Assembly (NCBI GenBank): GCA_013239625.1
Contig: MU054032.1
Location: 186,001 to 250,000 of the forward strand
Reading direction: 5' to 3'
Origin: Lama guanicoe
Lineage: Eukaryota
DNA: 64,000 nucleotides
Shown here: in pieces, positions 25,421 through 37,891 of the stretch
Position numbering within the stretch: the first letter of the stretch is position 1
Layout of the letters: each line of letters begins with the position of its first letter
Made by a program: the position numbers and the translations under genes
Notes under the pieces: model-generated
Told to the model about the DNA's origin: nothing
Databases searched by the model: none
Seen by the model: only the letters and a program-made list of their open reading frames with translations

Positions 25421-28400
25421 CTCTCCTCTCTGGTCCTCGTATGTATTTTAGAAGATGCGTGGGTATGGAACATCCTGCCTAGTCCTAGTGTACTTGGGTC
25501 TATCTATTTCGGCGTGTAATGTGTGATGCATTATTGGTGCGCAGGTACATGCCTGTGTCGTTTGCGAATGACTTGGGGTGTATGCGTTATCAGGGCTCCC
25601 TAATCTGTAGAATAAGGGTGGTGATCCGACTGGTTGATGAATGAGGAAAATCTTTATAATAGGGGGGAAAAATCACAAGACTCTGATCTCCCAGACCAGA
25701 GCCAGTCAGAGCCCTTATAGTGCTGCTCAGGCTCCCTGATTTAAAGGGTTGGCTTCCCTGGGGTTCTTACTCTGCCCAAGAGGCTGCACCCCTCTCCCCT
25801 ACCACCCAGGAATACTTGGTCTCTTCGAGGTGCAGACAGAGCTGAGCAGGAAATTTTGTCCTCCCCAGAAGCCGACATAGACACCGTCAAAGTAGCCCCT
25901 GCTCTAATATAGTAGGAACAGGAAATGGGTCACCTCCTCTGTCATTGGTATCTGTTGATGACATTCAGAAAGACATAATTAAGGTAGCCAGACAGACACA
26001 GCACTACCTTACCACCACTGGAGTCCTTTTCCTGACAGGTAACAGATCAATAAGGTATTATTTATTTATAATTAATAATAATTGTTATTATGCTGCACCT
26101 TTCCATCAGCCTCTTCCCAAGGAGACACAGACATTTAAACTCAAAAAAAAAAAAAAAAGGCCTCTCTCCTGTTCTGCTCTCCACTCCAACTTTTCCCAAA
26201 TAATCACCTTGAGAGAAATGGCAGAATAGAGCAAAGGTTTAACCTCCCTCACCCCTACACATTCTGTGGGATGGGGAGCAAGAGATGTCCCTGGTTCCTC
26301 CACACACACACTTCCTTATCAAGTGGAGTCAGGTGATGGAAGTGTTTTCAGGGACCTTGATCCTCCTGCCTATTGTGCCTGTGCTCCCAGGGACTTCTTG
26401 GTAAAGACCTTGGACTGATACTCCCTTGGGCAGAAGGAATTGAGAGCACTGGAGGGGGATGGGCTCTCGGAGTGTGACATCATGAGGGGGAGGTGTTCTT
26501 GGTGGAGAAAGAGGGCAGTCAGGAGAAAATGCTCCATTATTTGGGTTATTGTTTTTTTAATATTTAGTTTTATTCTGTTTCTGATAATGAAAAACAAGGT
26601 AAATAAAGTATCAAGAATATAAAAATCCCACTATTAGAGGTAACCAGTTAATATTATGATTTATATTTATATATATCCTATATATGTATATAAAATTTAA
26701 CAAAAATAAGATCATAGTATTCTGTTTTTTTTGAAGCCTATCTTTTCCATTTGTGAACAGCTTTTAATATCATTGAATGTGTGCATGCATGATGGTGTCA
26801 TCCTAATGGCTGCCATTTTGCCATTTTAAGATTCCATTGTATGAAGTATCAATTTATTTAGCCAGTCTTCAATTAGGTTACTATATATTCTTATGCACTT
26901 GTTCAATTATTTCTTAGAGTAAATTTCTAGAAAGTTTTGCTCCCCAAGAAATCTTTCATTGATATGTTGATACCTTCTAGAGATATTTTTGCATATATCA
27001 GCAAATACATGTTGCTATTACATCCCTTTTTTATACAAATATTATCATACTTTATACATTGTTCTGCAGCTTGTTTCCCACCCCCCAACATTATATTGCA
27101 GATCAATCCATATCTGGATCAAAGGGCATGCAGTTTTTTTTAAGGCTTGCAGTACATTCAGTGGCGAGGCATTATTTCCTGTCTTCCTTCATCTTCCAGG
27201 CGCAGAGACCTGCCCTCAAAGTGTTCCTACGTACTTTTCTTCTTGAGTTATTCCTCAGATAGCTTTTTCCTCCCTTCTGTCATGACATGGATCCTTTTCT
27301 CTAAAGCACTAGCCTCATTGTGACAACTGGATTTCTTCAGAAAAGGAAAACGCCCCCCTTTCCTGGTATTCCTCCTGGCCCAAAACATACAGATGTCTAG
27401 TCTATGCCAAGCTTCTTTAGAGACTTTTTATTTTTTAATGCATTGTTTCAATAGATAATATACTCATAGTCTATATATCACATTCAGTAGATAAAATATA
27501 CATGGTTTAACATTCAAAGTATGCAAGAGGGGAGGGTATAGCTCAAGTGGTAGAGCACATGCTTAGCATGCATGAGGTTCTGGGTTCAATCCCCGATAAC
27601 TCCTCTTTAAAAAAAAAATAAGCCTAATTATCCCCCACCAAAAATTGACCAAAGTATATAAAAATATATATAGTGAGAAGTATCCCTCCCACTCCTCTTG
27701 CCCAGCACCTGCTTCCTGTCCCTAGAGGGAAACAAATCAGTCTTACCTGTCTCTTATACATTCTTCCAGAAATATTTTTTACCTGAGAAAGCAAACATAT
27801 ATTTTTCCCTTTTAAGCATAAAAATTACCATACTATAAACACTGTCCCACAGCTTGCTTCTTTTAGCTAATACCACATCTTCAAGATCATTCCCTGTTGA
27901 TCTTTAAAGCATGCTCTCATTTCTTTTTTTTTTAACATTGCATAATATTCCATTATACGAATATACCCTAATTTACCTAACTAGTTCCCTGTTGATGCAC
28001 ATTTAGGTTGCTTCCAGTGTTACTACTACTAACAGTGCAGTGAATAACTGAATGTTACCTTGTAGGTATGTGAACACACTTATATGATAACTATCTGGAA
28101 GTCAAATTGTTGGGACTAAGGATTTTGAAGGGTCTTAATCTCAAATAGTTGTCATACTTGGAAGGATTTGATAAAGTAATTCCTCTAAATCTGTTAACAT
28201 ATTAATAGGAGAACTCTTGAAGACCAAGAAGTCCTTAGTATGTGGTTTTTTAGGTGCTAAAAGCCAATAAGAGATACTCTGGGGAATAGGAACCTTGTAG
28301 AAAGGCAACTTGGTAATCCTTTATAGAAGATCCACTATGTGCGAGGGACTTTGCTTAATGCTAGGAAGACAAAGATACATGAAACACAAAGACATAACAG

Positions 28401-31400
28401 TGAAGCAGAGGAGACTGTCTTCTGTCAACAAGACAGTATGTTGTGTCATACCAGCAGCATAAGCAAAATCTGGAGGTTTGGGAAAGCCTTTACGGAATTA
28501 GTAACATTTGATCTGGGATCTTGAAGGATGAGCAGGACTGTGCAGGTGAAGGAGAAAAAGGTCTTTCCATGCAGAAGCTTCAGCATAAGCAAAAGCCAGG
28601 AAGCCTGGCAATGCCTGGCCCATTTGGGGAGCCAACTTCTACCTGGCATAACTAGAGTATGGAGGCATGGTGGAGAATAGGAAAGGAATGTTGGCAGGTT
28701 TTAAGGATCCTTAAATGCTATACCAAGAAATAAGGACTTATTTTGAAGGCACTGGGGAACTAGCAAAGGTTTCTGAGTAGAGAGATGATACTTGGGTTTT
28801 AGAAAGATAACTGGCACATTGTAGAATATGGGTTGCAAGTCAAGATACTGTAATAGCAGTTAGGTAACAGATGAAAAGGAGCTAATGGTAAAGAAGCATG
28901 ATTTACTGAGCACCTACTTTGTGAAAGTTTTTCATAAAATGTCATTTAAATTAAGCCTCATATCACCCATGTGAAGCGGACTTTACTACCCTTATTTTAC
29001 AGATACTTCAGCACTATTAAATAACCTGACATATTAAGATCACACATCTATTAAGGGGCAAACTGGTTCTTTCTATTACACCATGTTGGCACAGGGGAAG
29101 AAAGGAAAGAGGTGGATTTGAGAGACATCATGGAGATAGATTTATCTGATGTTGGTTATACGTATAAGGTGTGGGAATTATCCAAATGATTCCACGTTTC
29201 CAGCTTGGCCCCTGGGTGAGTGGTAATGCTATTAAATGGGAAACACAAGAGAAGGAGCAGACAGAAGGAGGTAAGATGACCTCAGGCTTGGACATGTTGA
29301 GTTTGCAGTGCCTATGGGACATCTAGAGATGGAAGCATCTAGAAGGCAAGTAGAAATAAATGCCTGAAGTTTAGGAACAAAAGAAAGCTAGAGAGTAAGA
29401 TTGAAGACTTCTCAGGACAGATGTGAAGGTTGGAATTACAGGGATAGATCAGATGGTTCAGGGAGGAGGCGTAGACTGAGGACACCTACCTACTGATAAG
29501 CCCATGTTCAAGGAAGAGGACTAGTTCTCAGTTCTCAGGTTCCTTTCCTCCTTCCCTGTTTCTGCCCCCAAACAGTGATTCTTCAGAGAGTGGTATGCTG
29601 TCCCGCCTGGGTGATCTGCTCTTCTACACTATTGCTGAGGGACAGGAACGAATCCCTATCCACAAGTTCACCACTGTGAGTTCCTCTCTACTTGCTCAGA
29701 ACACTAATCCCTTAGGATCTCTGGAGACTGGGAAAGGGAAGCTAGGCCAGAGCAGGGCAGCTAACGGGTTGCTTCATGAAGAACAGCAAATGATAACACA
29801 TGCCTAGGCTGATGAGGCAAGCCCATCCCCACCCCACGTGGGATGGCTCAACCCTGTGACTCAACCCTCCTTCTTGGTTTGCAACTTTGACCCAGGGGGT
29901 TCAGAAACTAGCTGTCTTGATGAAAAAGGGCAGGAAACTCCTATTGGCCTTCAGAGCTGTTACATTCCCTCCTTTCTTAGTCTGCAAACCCATTGTTCCA
30001 CCTGTTGTAGTAGTTGGGAAAGATGACTGGGATTAGATTCTTGTCCTTGTAGCTGACCTTACCAAGCTTCTTTCCCCTGAAGGCACTGAAGGCCACTGGA
30101 CTGCAGACGTCGGATCCCCGGCTCCGGGACTGCATGAACCAGATGCGCCACATGGTTCGAGAGTCCAGCAGTGGTGGCCTCTTGGACCGAGATCTCTTCC
30201 GAAAGTGAGGGCCCCAGAAACAAAGGCACCACTCTCAAAACTGTTCTGCAGACTTAAGACTCTAACAGCAGGGAGGGATCCTGGGGATTGGATAATTTAA
30301 CCCCTTATTTCATTTTATTACTTATTTATTACACAAATAATACATGAATATGCATATACTCCATATAAAAGTTTAAATAGTAGAGAAATACATGTCCTCC
30401 TTTCCCTCTCTCCCCAGTCCCAGCCCCCTTTCCCAGAAGTAAACATTGTTAATAGATTAGTGGGTATCTTCAAGAGAATGTCCTATGCATTTACATACAC
30501 ATAGGAATAGATGTAAGTATACTTGTATAATTTAGGATTTTTTAAATATAAAAATGACCTACTGTACATATTATTCAGGTATTATTTTTTTGTCCTTTTC
30601 CAAGACACTGTGTCTTGGGATATCTTTCCATGTCACTACAACCCCTCATTTTAGAGACAAAGAAACTTAAGACCCAGAAAGATCAAGTGATGGGCCAGAG
30701 GTCACACAGCTGGTGGCCCCAAATCTGATGACCACTCACACCTTCTTTATTCCCAACTTCCATGGCTCCAGAGTGAGTCACAGCTGCATCTCTCCAGCCC
30801 CCTAACCCAATCGTGTCTGGGATCCAGGTGTGTGAGCAGCAACATTGTGCTCCTGACCCAGGCATTCCGAAAGAAGTTTGTCATTCCTGATTTTGAGGAG
30901 TTCACGAGCCATGTGGACCGCATCTTTGAAGATGCCAAAGAGCTCACTGGAGGCAAAGTGAGGGCCAGGGGACTGAGGGAGGGGCAAGGGCTCTGGGCCA
31001 GATACACCTTGCTTCTCGGAGATCTCCTGGGGCTGGGAATCCAATGGATGTGAGATGAGAAGCAGAACTTCCAACAATGGGGACGAGGGCTTTATGTATT
31101 TTACGTGTGATGTCTAGAGCAGGTGAGGGAATCTGAAGTTTTTATTGAGACAATTGATACAAGGATTCAGTAGAACTTTGAGACCCGTGGGGTAATTGAG
31201 CCTCAGAACAGAAAAGGGAAGCTGACTTCAGAATTCTCTTTGTACCTTTCATAGGCTTTACTGCCATCTCTGTAGGAGTGGGGTTACAGAAGATAAGGCC
31301 TTCTAGGACTTAAGGCTTGGGTGTCTGTAGGAACAACAGGAAGGAGGGAACTCTGCTGTCCTGCAGAAGACAGAATATTAGTTTTTATCTAAAAGATTCT

Positions 31401-34400
31401 CCTGAGCCTGATCCTCAGCACTGTTCCCTCTCTCCACATCCATATCTCCATTCTGTCTATTTCTCTCCCTACTTGTACCCAGGTGGCGGCCTACATCCCT
31501 CAGCTGGCCAAGTCAAATCCAGACCTGTGGGGCGTCTCTCTGTGCACTGTGGATGGTCAGCGGTGAGATGCTGGGTGAGGAAGGGGAGGCAGGGCCCAGG
31601 TGCAGAGCACAGTCTGACCCCTTCCATGGCACCTGTCTGCCTCTAGGCACTCCGTGGGCCACACAAAGATCCCCTTCTGCCTGCAGTCCTGTGTGAAGCC
31701 TCTCACCTATGCCATCTCCGTAAGCACCCTGGGCACAGACTACGTGCACAAGTTTGTGGGCAAGGAGCCCAGCGGCCTGCGCTACAACAAGCTCTCCCTC
31801 AACGAGGAAGGTGAGTGCTCCCAGAGCCCAGACCAGACTCACGGACAGATGCCCTCTTCTTACCCCACCCCGCCCCCCAGCCTTTTTCGTGTGTTTGTTT
31901 CTCTGCCCTCCCCATCAGCTCTGTCATTCCATCCTCCCCAGCAAAGAAATCTTTCCCGTCTACCTTGCAGAGTGGGCAGGCTGTAAAGGAGGTTTTGCTC
32001 AGTGGCTGATAAGACTCTGGGGGGTTTGTATTTCCCCAGGGATCCCCCATAACCCCATGGTCAATGCTGGTGCCATTGTTGTGAGCTCCCTGATCAAGGT
32101 CAGTGCTTCCAGAAGGTACTGTTCTCTGAACCCCCTCTTTGCTATATCCCTCATGTCTGCCCATCTCTCTCGGCAGATTGTTCTGAGGGTGCCCAGGAGG
32201 TAGTGAGGGCACAGCAGGGACCCAAATTATGCTGAGGTTTTTAGTAAAAGGAACTGTACCCCTGCTCCCTCCCATGAGTCTGGAGCCCAGAACTTCCTGG
32301 CCTTTAGGGAAGCGAGCAGGTCCTGACCTCTGCCTGGGACCAAGGGCCAAATGCCAGACACAGGGGGAGGACAGCTTTATTAGGTACCGATTGGCCACTT
32401 CTGGGTGTGGAACACATGGAAAGAAGGGTGAATGGCCAGACAGGGTAACTATTCACGTCACCTGGAACTGTGAGCTGGCCTTGAGCAAGGAAGTCAGGCC
32501 AGCCTGTCAGCTGTAGGTCTCCCAGGGCTTGAGCAAGAACCTGAGAGCAGTGTGGGCAGCAACACCCCAGAGCCAATCACAGCCCCTCCTGGGGATGGTG
32601 GTGTTAGGAACCCTCCCCACAAGGGACTCAGGTGTCAGAGTCCCTGTGGTGTCGACACTATAGTTGACATGTACCGGAAGCAATTGGGGAGTAGGGAAGA
32701 CCAGGCTCAGGCTCCCCTCTGGCTCTGGGACAGCTCTATCTACAGCCCTGTATCTGGGACCTGCCTCATCCCATTCCCATCGAAACAGGCCCTACTGACT
32801 TGACTCTCAGCTAAAATCTTTAGCTTTATTTCAGTGGTCAGTATAATTGCACAGTATACTGTATGCAACACATACCCTCCTCTCATTCCCATCACTCATG
32901 CTAGTCTTGGAGACAGCTATGGGAATCAGGGCTAGGACAGAGTAAGGCTCCAGCCTGGGGTGTAAGGAATCGGGGATGGGAGTCAGGGATACGGGTGGGG
33001 CTTGGGGACAGGACTGGAATCAGGCAAGTGAAAGTGGAAGTCAGGGATGAGGACTGGCATTGAGGATGGGAATAGGAGTGAGACTCAGGGGTGGGTGAGA
33101 CTCACAGATGGGATGAGCTTATCTGTACTCATTAATTGATAATAAAATCTAAGTGGTTTAGTTTTGAAGATCACTAGGTATGCAAAGATATTTAAAAAAA
33201 AAAGTCTCAGCTGTGAAAAAAAATCATTGTAAAATGCAACACATGCCCAAACACTTTAACTCCGCAAGTTCCTCCTAACCGACTCTGCCACCTCCTAGGC
33301 CTAGAATACTGGTATCTCTTTCTCTGTCTCTGCAGATGGACTGTAACAAAGCAGAGAAGTTTGATTTTGTAAGTCAGCCTTGCTGCTTGCTGCTCAGCCC
33401 CTGCTGTCTTTCTCCATGGCATGTTATCCACTCCAGCTGCCCCAGTGCCTGGCTCTAACCCCACTTTGATGGTGCACCAGCCCACACCAGAAGCCTTATT
33501 TCTAGAGGTGTGGGAGCCTGCTGGCCTCAGAGAGGAAAGCCTCCTGAAGTCCTTGCTGGGATCAGGACTGAGGAGTTCAGAAGGGTTAGTCAGCCTGTAT
33601 GTGTTTAGCAGGGGTCCTCACGCACGAGGTGCCTCCCATGCCCCTTTTTCTCTTCTAGGTTTTGCAATATCTGAACAAAATGGCTGGGAATGAATACATG
33701 GGTTTCAGCAATGCCACGTAAGGCCCTGTTCACAGGATCGGCTGAATGCACCTTGGGGCGTGTGTGTGTGTATGTGGAGAATGGAGGAGGTGGAGGATAG
33801 AGGAAGTCTTAGGAGGAAAAATTCCCAGGGGAATTTTGGCCTCCCAGCTTCCTCTGAGTCCCTTCATTGACATTTGTCTACTTTGTAAAAAGAATTTGTT
33901 CCATTTCTATTTAGTACTTAATGAGAGAGATGGTGTGAGAGTTTGCACTGGGCCCTTTCTTAACCAAGCCTCTCAAAGCCAAAAACCTCACGTTTTCCTA
34001 GACTAGGTAACTAGACTATTTTGGGTTTGGTTTTGTTTTTCACACTTTACAATAAAGCTGGGCCCAGTGCTTGCTCGGGTTCAGAAGTCTCCTCCGGCAT
34101 CACCGTGACAATTTATAAAGGGGCTGATTTAGTTTGACATGTGTGATCTAGTCCCTCTCAGGGAAGGTATTTCCCCCCTTCTCCTCACACTCACCTCTCA
34201 AATGTCAATTACTAAACCGGGTGTTTGCTTCAGATTCCAGTCAGAGAAGGAAACAGGGGATCGGAATTATGCCATCGGCTATTATCTGAAGGAAAAGAAG
34301 GTAACTGGGAGAGGCCGGTAGAGAAAGTACCCTGGAGATTCTGCGGCTGGTGGAAGGGCACTTGGGTTTGGGGACTTTGGCTGAAATCCTGACACTGTGA

Positions 34401-37387
34401 CAGGGACTGCTGATGGCCTGGAGAGAAACGCTCTCCCCTCTTCTTCCTTGCAGTGCTTTCCTAAAGGGGTGGACATGATGGCTGCCCTCGATCTCTACTT
34501 CCAGGTAAGCAAGCGCTGCTGTTTAGCCCAGGGTCAAGGGAACAGGACAGACTGCCCTCTTGCTCCGACCCACGAGAGGGATGCTTGTCTCCCGTGGTCT
34601 GGTGTCCTTCAGAAACACCAGGGGAACTTGTCGAAGGATTAGGGTGCCAAGAACATTGCTCTGCCCCCAAGAGCACAGCGTTCAGGCCCACACCACACCC
34701 TCACCTGCGCCTCATCTCCGCAGCTGTGCTCCGTGGAGGTGACCTGTGAATCAGGCAGTGTCATGGCAGCCACCCTGGCCAACGGCGGGATCTGCCCCAT
34801 CACAGGCGAGAGCGTGCTGAGCGCTGAAGCAGTGCGCAACACTCTCAGCCTCATGCACTCCTGCGGCATGTACGACTTCTCGGGCCAGTTTGCCTTCCAC
34901 GTGAGTGCTTCTGGCCCTGCCATCCGTTTGCAACAAGCCCAGAGCCCAGAGCCAAGAGAGGACACTGTCTCTGAAGTGGGAGAGGTGGAAGCTTGTTCCT
35001 GCCTCTCATGCACTAACCTCCAGCCAGGCAATTAGGCCGAGAATCCTTAGGGGAGTTTGTCAAACACACCAAGTCCCCCAAACACGTAAACACATGACAG
35101 TGCAGCTTCAGAACCACTCCTCTGTGCCCTTCACAGGGCTGACGATTCTCCTCCAGGTCTCATCCAGGACGTCACTGCCAAAGCGAGGTCTTTTTGGTCT
35201 TCCTCTCTCCCCCTCCCACATCATTCTCAGTCACAGCACCTTGCTTTTTTTCTAATGTGTTATTATCAGTTGTGATTATTCCTGTTTGTTTCCCTGTTGA
35301 TTGTCTATCTCCTACCAGCAGAACGTAAGTTAACTGAGAGGCCCTGTCCTAGGGCTTGCACAGCGGCAGGCACATAGTAGATAATACATACTTCCTTACT
35401 GAGTTATAAATTCAAGAGGGGGCAGGGAAGGATAGGAGTAAGAAAAACTAATTAACAAACCCAGAGGTTGAGAAGGGTGTGGCCTTGCCCACAGTTATTT
35501 GGGACAGACTGCCTTGTTAACCTGGATGTGGGGCACCTCTAGCTCATCCTGTGTCACCTCTGTCCCCAAGGTGGGTCTGCCAGCCAAGTCAGCGGTGTCA
35601 GGAGCCATCCTCCTGGTGGTGCCCAATGTCATGGGAATGATGTGTCTGTCACCTCCACTGGACAAGCTGGGGAACAGCTATAGGGGCGTCAGCTTCTGCC
35701 AGGTGAGTCACTTTGCATACAGTATTTAACATTTTTGAATGAGTAAATCAATTTTGAGTTCCTCCTGGGAGCAAGGAGGAAGTAAACAATCTCTATGGCT
35801 TATAATTCTAGAAGTTGGTGTCTCTCTTCAACTTCCACAACTATGACAACCTGAGGCACTGTGCTCGGAAGTTAGACCCACGGCGTGAAGGGGGAGAAGT
35901 TCGGGTAAGGAAAACCCCAGGTAGCCTGCAAGACTATTTCAGGGTAGAACATGCAGTAACACTTCAGGAAAACCCTTGGCTAAGCGTCCGTGGAGGAGGG
36001 TGACGGGGCAGAGCTGGGCATGGGTGGATTAAAAGTCACAGTTAACCTCAGGTAGGTACGATGTGTTTTCCAGAACAAGACTGTGGTGAACCTGTTATTT
36101 GCTGCCTCTAGTGGAGATGTCTCAGCTCTTCGAAGGTACTTCTACTGTGACCAAATAGACCCAATAAAATACTCCTGGTCAGAGATCTCATTAGCAGTCA
36201 ACAAAGCAAAATCGTTAAGTGTTTCAGCTTTAGAGTCAGAGTTGACAGAGATGGCATTTAAATGAGGTGCTTTTTTTTTTAAGTACAATCACTGCCATGT
36301 GTTAAGAGCTTTATTAATGGTAACCATTGTTATGATTAACCTGGGTGTTGAAAGCAGAGTCCTAGAAGGGAGGTAGGACTACCTGCCTCAAATGGATCAC
36401 CAACATCAACAAGTACGTCCCGGACACCTACCACAGGTAGGCAGTGATGTTTCTGGAACCACCACACTCCCACCTCTGATACAGGAGAACAGTCTCATCT
36501 GGGTAGAGAACATAGATTGTACAGGGTCTACAGATGTTAGCATAAGTTCTGTTTTACTTTTGCTGGAACCCATCCAGTCTGACCCCATTTCAGGAAGGAT
36601 ACCAGTGATTCTAGGCTGCCTGGGGTAACTCCAGCTACTTTGCACCTCCCCCAGGTTTGCCTTGTCAGCCATGGACATGGAACAGAAAGACTATGACTCC
36701 CGCACAGCTCTGCATGTTGCCGCAGCTGAAGGTATGTGAGGATTAAATAAGAGGGGAAGCAGATCTTAAAGCCCATCTTTTCTACCAAGAGTACCCCACC
36801 TCACGTGGGCCCTCAAGGTTCCAAGGGCAGCAACTAGTTCTGTCCAGACACCCTTCAGTTGTAGGCTGACTACTAATGGGTGCCGCAAGAGCGAAAATGG
36901 GAGGAGGCCTTTCTCTCTCCCCTCTTAGTTCAGACTCCAGCCACCAAGGGTCTACACTGATGTTAACACCGAAAGAATCAGGATCTATACCCTCTCATTT
37001 TCCTTCTGCCCATATTCTTAGGACACACTGAAGTTGTTAAATTCCTGATTGAGGCTTGCAAAGTGAATCCTTTTGTTAAGGACAGGTGAGTAGGATTAAG
37101 CTAAAAGGCGGGGATGGGAGGTGGGCAGCAGCTTCCCCATCACTGCGCTCCAGCCACCACAGTTATGTATATAACCGGGGCACTCTCGATATCTTCTTTG
37201 ACTAATCATGGTCTTTGTTCCTCCTCTTAGGTGGGGCAACATCCCCCTGGATGATGCTGTGCAGTTCAACCACCTGGAGGTGGTGAAACTGCTCCAAGAT
37301 TACCAGGACTCATACACACCATCTGAGACTCAGGCTGAAGCAGCAGCCGAGGTCCTGTCCAAAGAGAACTTAGAGAGCATGGTGTGA
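24900..37387 (+). CDS. GLS2: Glutaminase 2 (liver-type, GAB isoform), 18 exons, 1809 nt = 602 aa
   Basis: All 18 exons are GT-AG bounded and phase-consistent; the spliced ORF runs [12 protein letters not shown]...SKENLESMV* and includes the catalytic SCVK motif and C-terminal ankyrin repeats. Confidence 0.98.
27529..27649 (+). mobile_element. Vic-1-like tRNA-derived SINE in GLS2 intron 1
   Basis: GGGGAGGGTATAGCTCAAGTGGTAGAGCACATGCTTAGCATGCATGAGGTTCTGGGTTCAATCCCC plus an A-rich tail. Confidence 0.9.
29576..29675 (+). CDS. GLS2: GLS2 exon 2
   Basis: [33 protein letters not shown]. Confidence 0.96.
30083..30204 (+). CDS. GLS2: GLS2 exon 3
   Basis: [18 protein letters not shown]...LDRDLFR. Confidence 0.96.
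30828..30957 (+). CDS. GLS2: GLS2 exon 4
   Basis: [25 protein letters not shown]...ELTGGK. Confidence 0.96.
31483..31562 (+). CDS. GLS2: GLS2 exon 5
   Basis: [26 protein letters not shown]. Confidence 0.96.
31647..31810 (+). CDS. GLS2: GLS2 exon 6 (catalytic SCVK motif)
   Basis: [24 protein letters not shown]...LSLNEE. Confidence 0.96.
32040..32098 (+). CDS. GLS2: GLS2 exon 7
   Basis: [19 protein letters not shown]. Confidence 0.96.
33336..33368 (+). CDS. GLS2: GLS2 exon 8 (33 nt)
   Basis: [11 protein letters not shown]. Confidence 0.95.
33659..33717 (+). CDS. GLS2: GLS2 exon 9
   Basis: [19 protein letters not shown]. Confidence 0.96.
34234..34300 (+). CDS. GLS2: GLS2 exon 10
   Basis: [22 protein letters not shown]. 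Confidence 0.96.
34454..34504 (+). CDS. GLS2: GLS2 exon 11
   Basis: [17 protein letters not shown]. Confidence 0.96.
34724..34900 (+). CDS. GLS2: GLS2 exon 12
   Basis: [22 protein letters not shown]...[12 protein letters not shown]. Confidence 0.96.
35571..35702 (+). CDS. GLS2: GLS2 exon 13
   Basis: [22 protein letters not shown]...GVSFCQ. Confidence 0.96.
35812..35904 (+). CDS. GLS2: GLS2 exon 14
   Basis: [31 protein letters not shown]. Confidence 0.96.
36074..36135 (+). CDS. GLS2: GLS2 exon 15
   Basis: [20 protein letters not shown]. Confidence 0.96.
36655..36731 (+). CDS. GLS2: GLS2 exon 16
   Basis: [25 protein letters not shown]. Confidence 0.96.
37022..37085 (+). CDS. GLS2: GLS2 exon 17
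   Basis: [20 protein letters not shown]. Confidence 0.96.
37231..37387 (+). CDS. GLS2: GLS2 exon 18 (coding part, TGA stop)
   Basis: [21 protein letters not shown]...SKENLESMV*. Confidence 0.96.
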
Positions 37388-37885
37388 GCATGGGGCATGC
37401 ACAGCCCCTGTGTAAGAAAAAGCACGAGCTGGCCACACACTTTAACACGTAACCACCGGACATGCTATGGAGAGCCACACTGTTTCAGTGTGGACCAGGA
37501 CTTAGGCCACTGCTTTCTGTGAGAGTCAAAATACCCCATTCCTTTAGCAGACAGAGTACAGAGAAGTGCCTTGATGGACACCGGCAGTAGAGCTATCCAT
37601 GGAGATTGGGGGCTTCTTCAAGGGACAGCCTGATGGCTTAAGCCACTCAAAATCATCCCAGGTCTTCACCTAGGTCCCCTCTTCCTCTCCTTGAAGAAAC
37701 CATTATGAGAGAGACTCTGGTGAAGGGGCTCTAGATACCAAGCACGCACATACATCCACAGAGGAAGTGGGGAGCTATGTACCGGGCTTCAGTTGTCTGG
37801 AAAGATCTGCCACCCACCTTGGCCAGGACGTGCTGCTGCTACTGCTAACAGCAATTTCATAGACAGAAAAAGTATTTTGTGCTCA

Positions 37886-37891
37886 AATAAA
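37886..37891 (+). terminator. Probable GLS2 polyadenylation signal AATAAA
   Basis: First AATAAA I found after the stop, ~500 nt downstream, followed by T-rich sequence. Confidence 0.7.

Noticed and set aside
25455..25560. p53 response element in GLS2 intron 1
   Set aside because: GLS2 is a known p53 target, but I see only isolated imperfect half-sites (e.g. GTACATGCCT) and no paired consensus.
27529..27602. tRNA-Ala-like genes (also 10560-10631, 22194, 51541, 61153)
   Set aside because: They have degenerate stems, SINE bodies, A tails and TSDs, so they are SINEs rather than tRNA genes.
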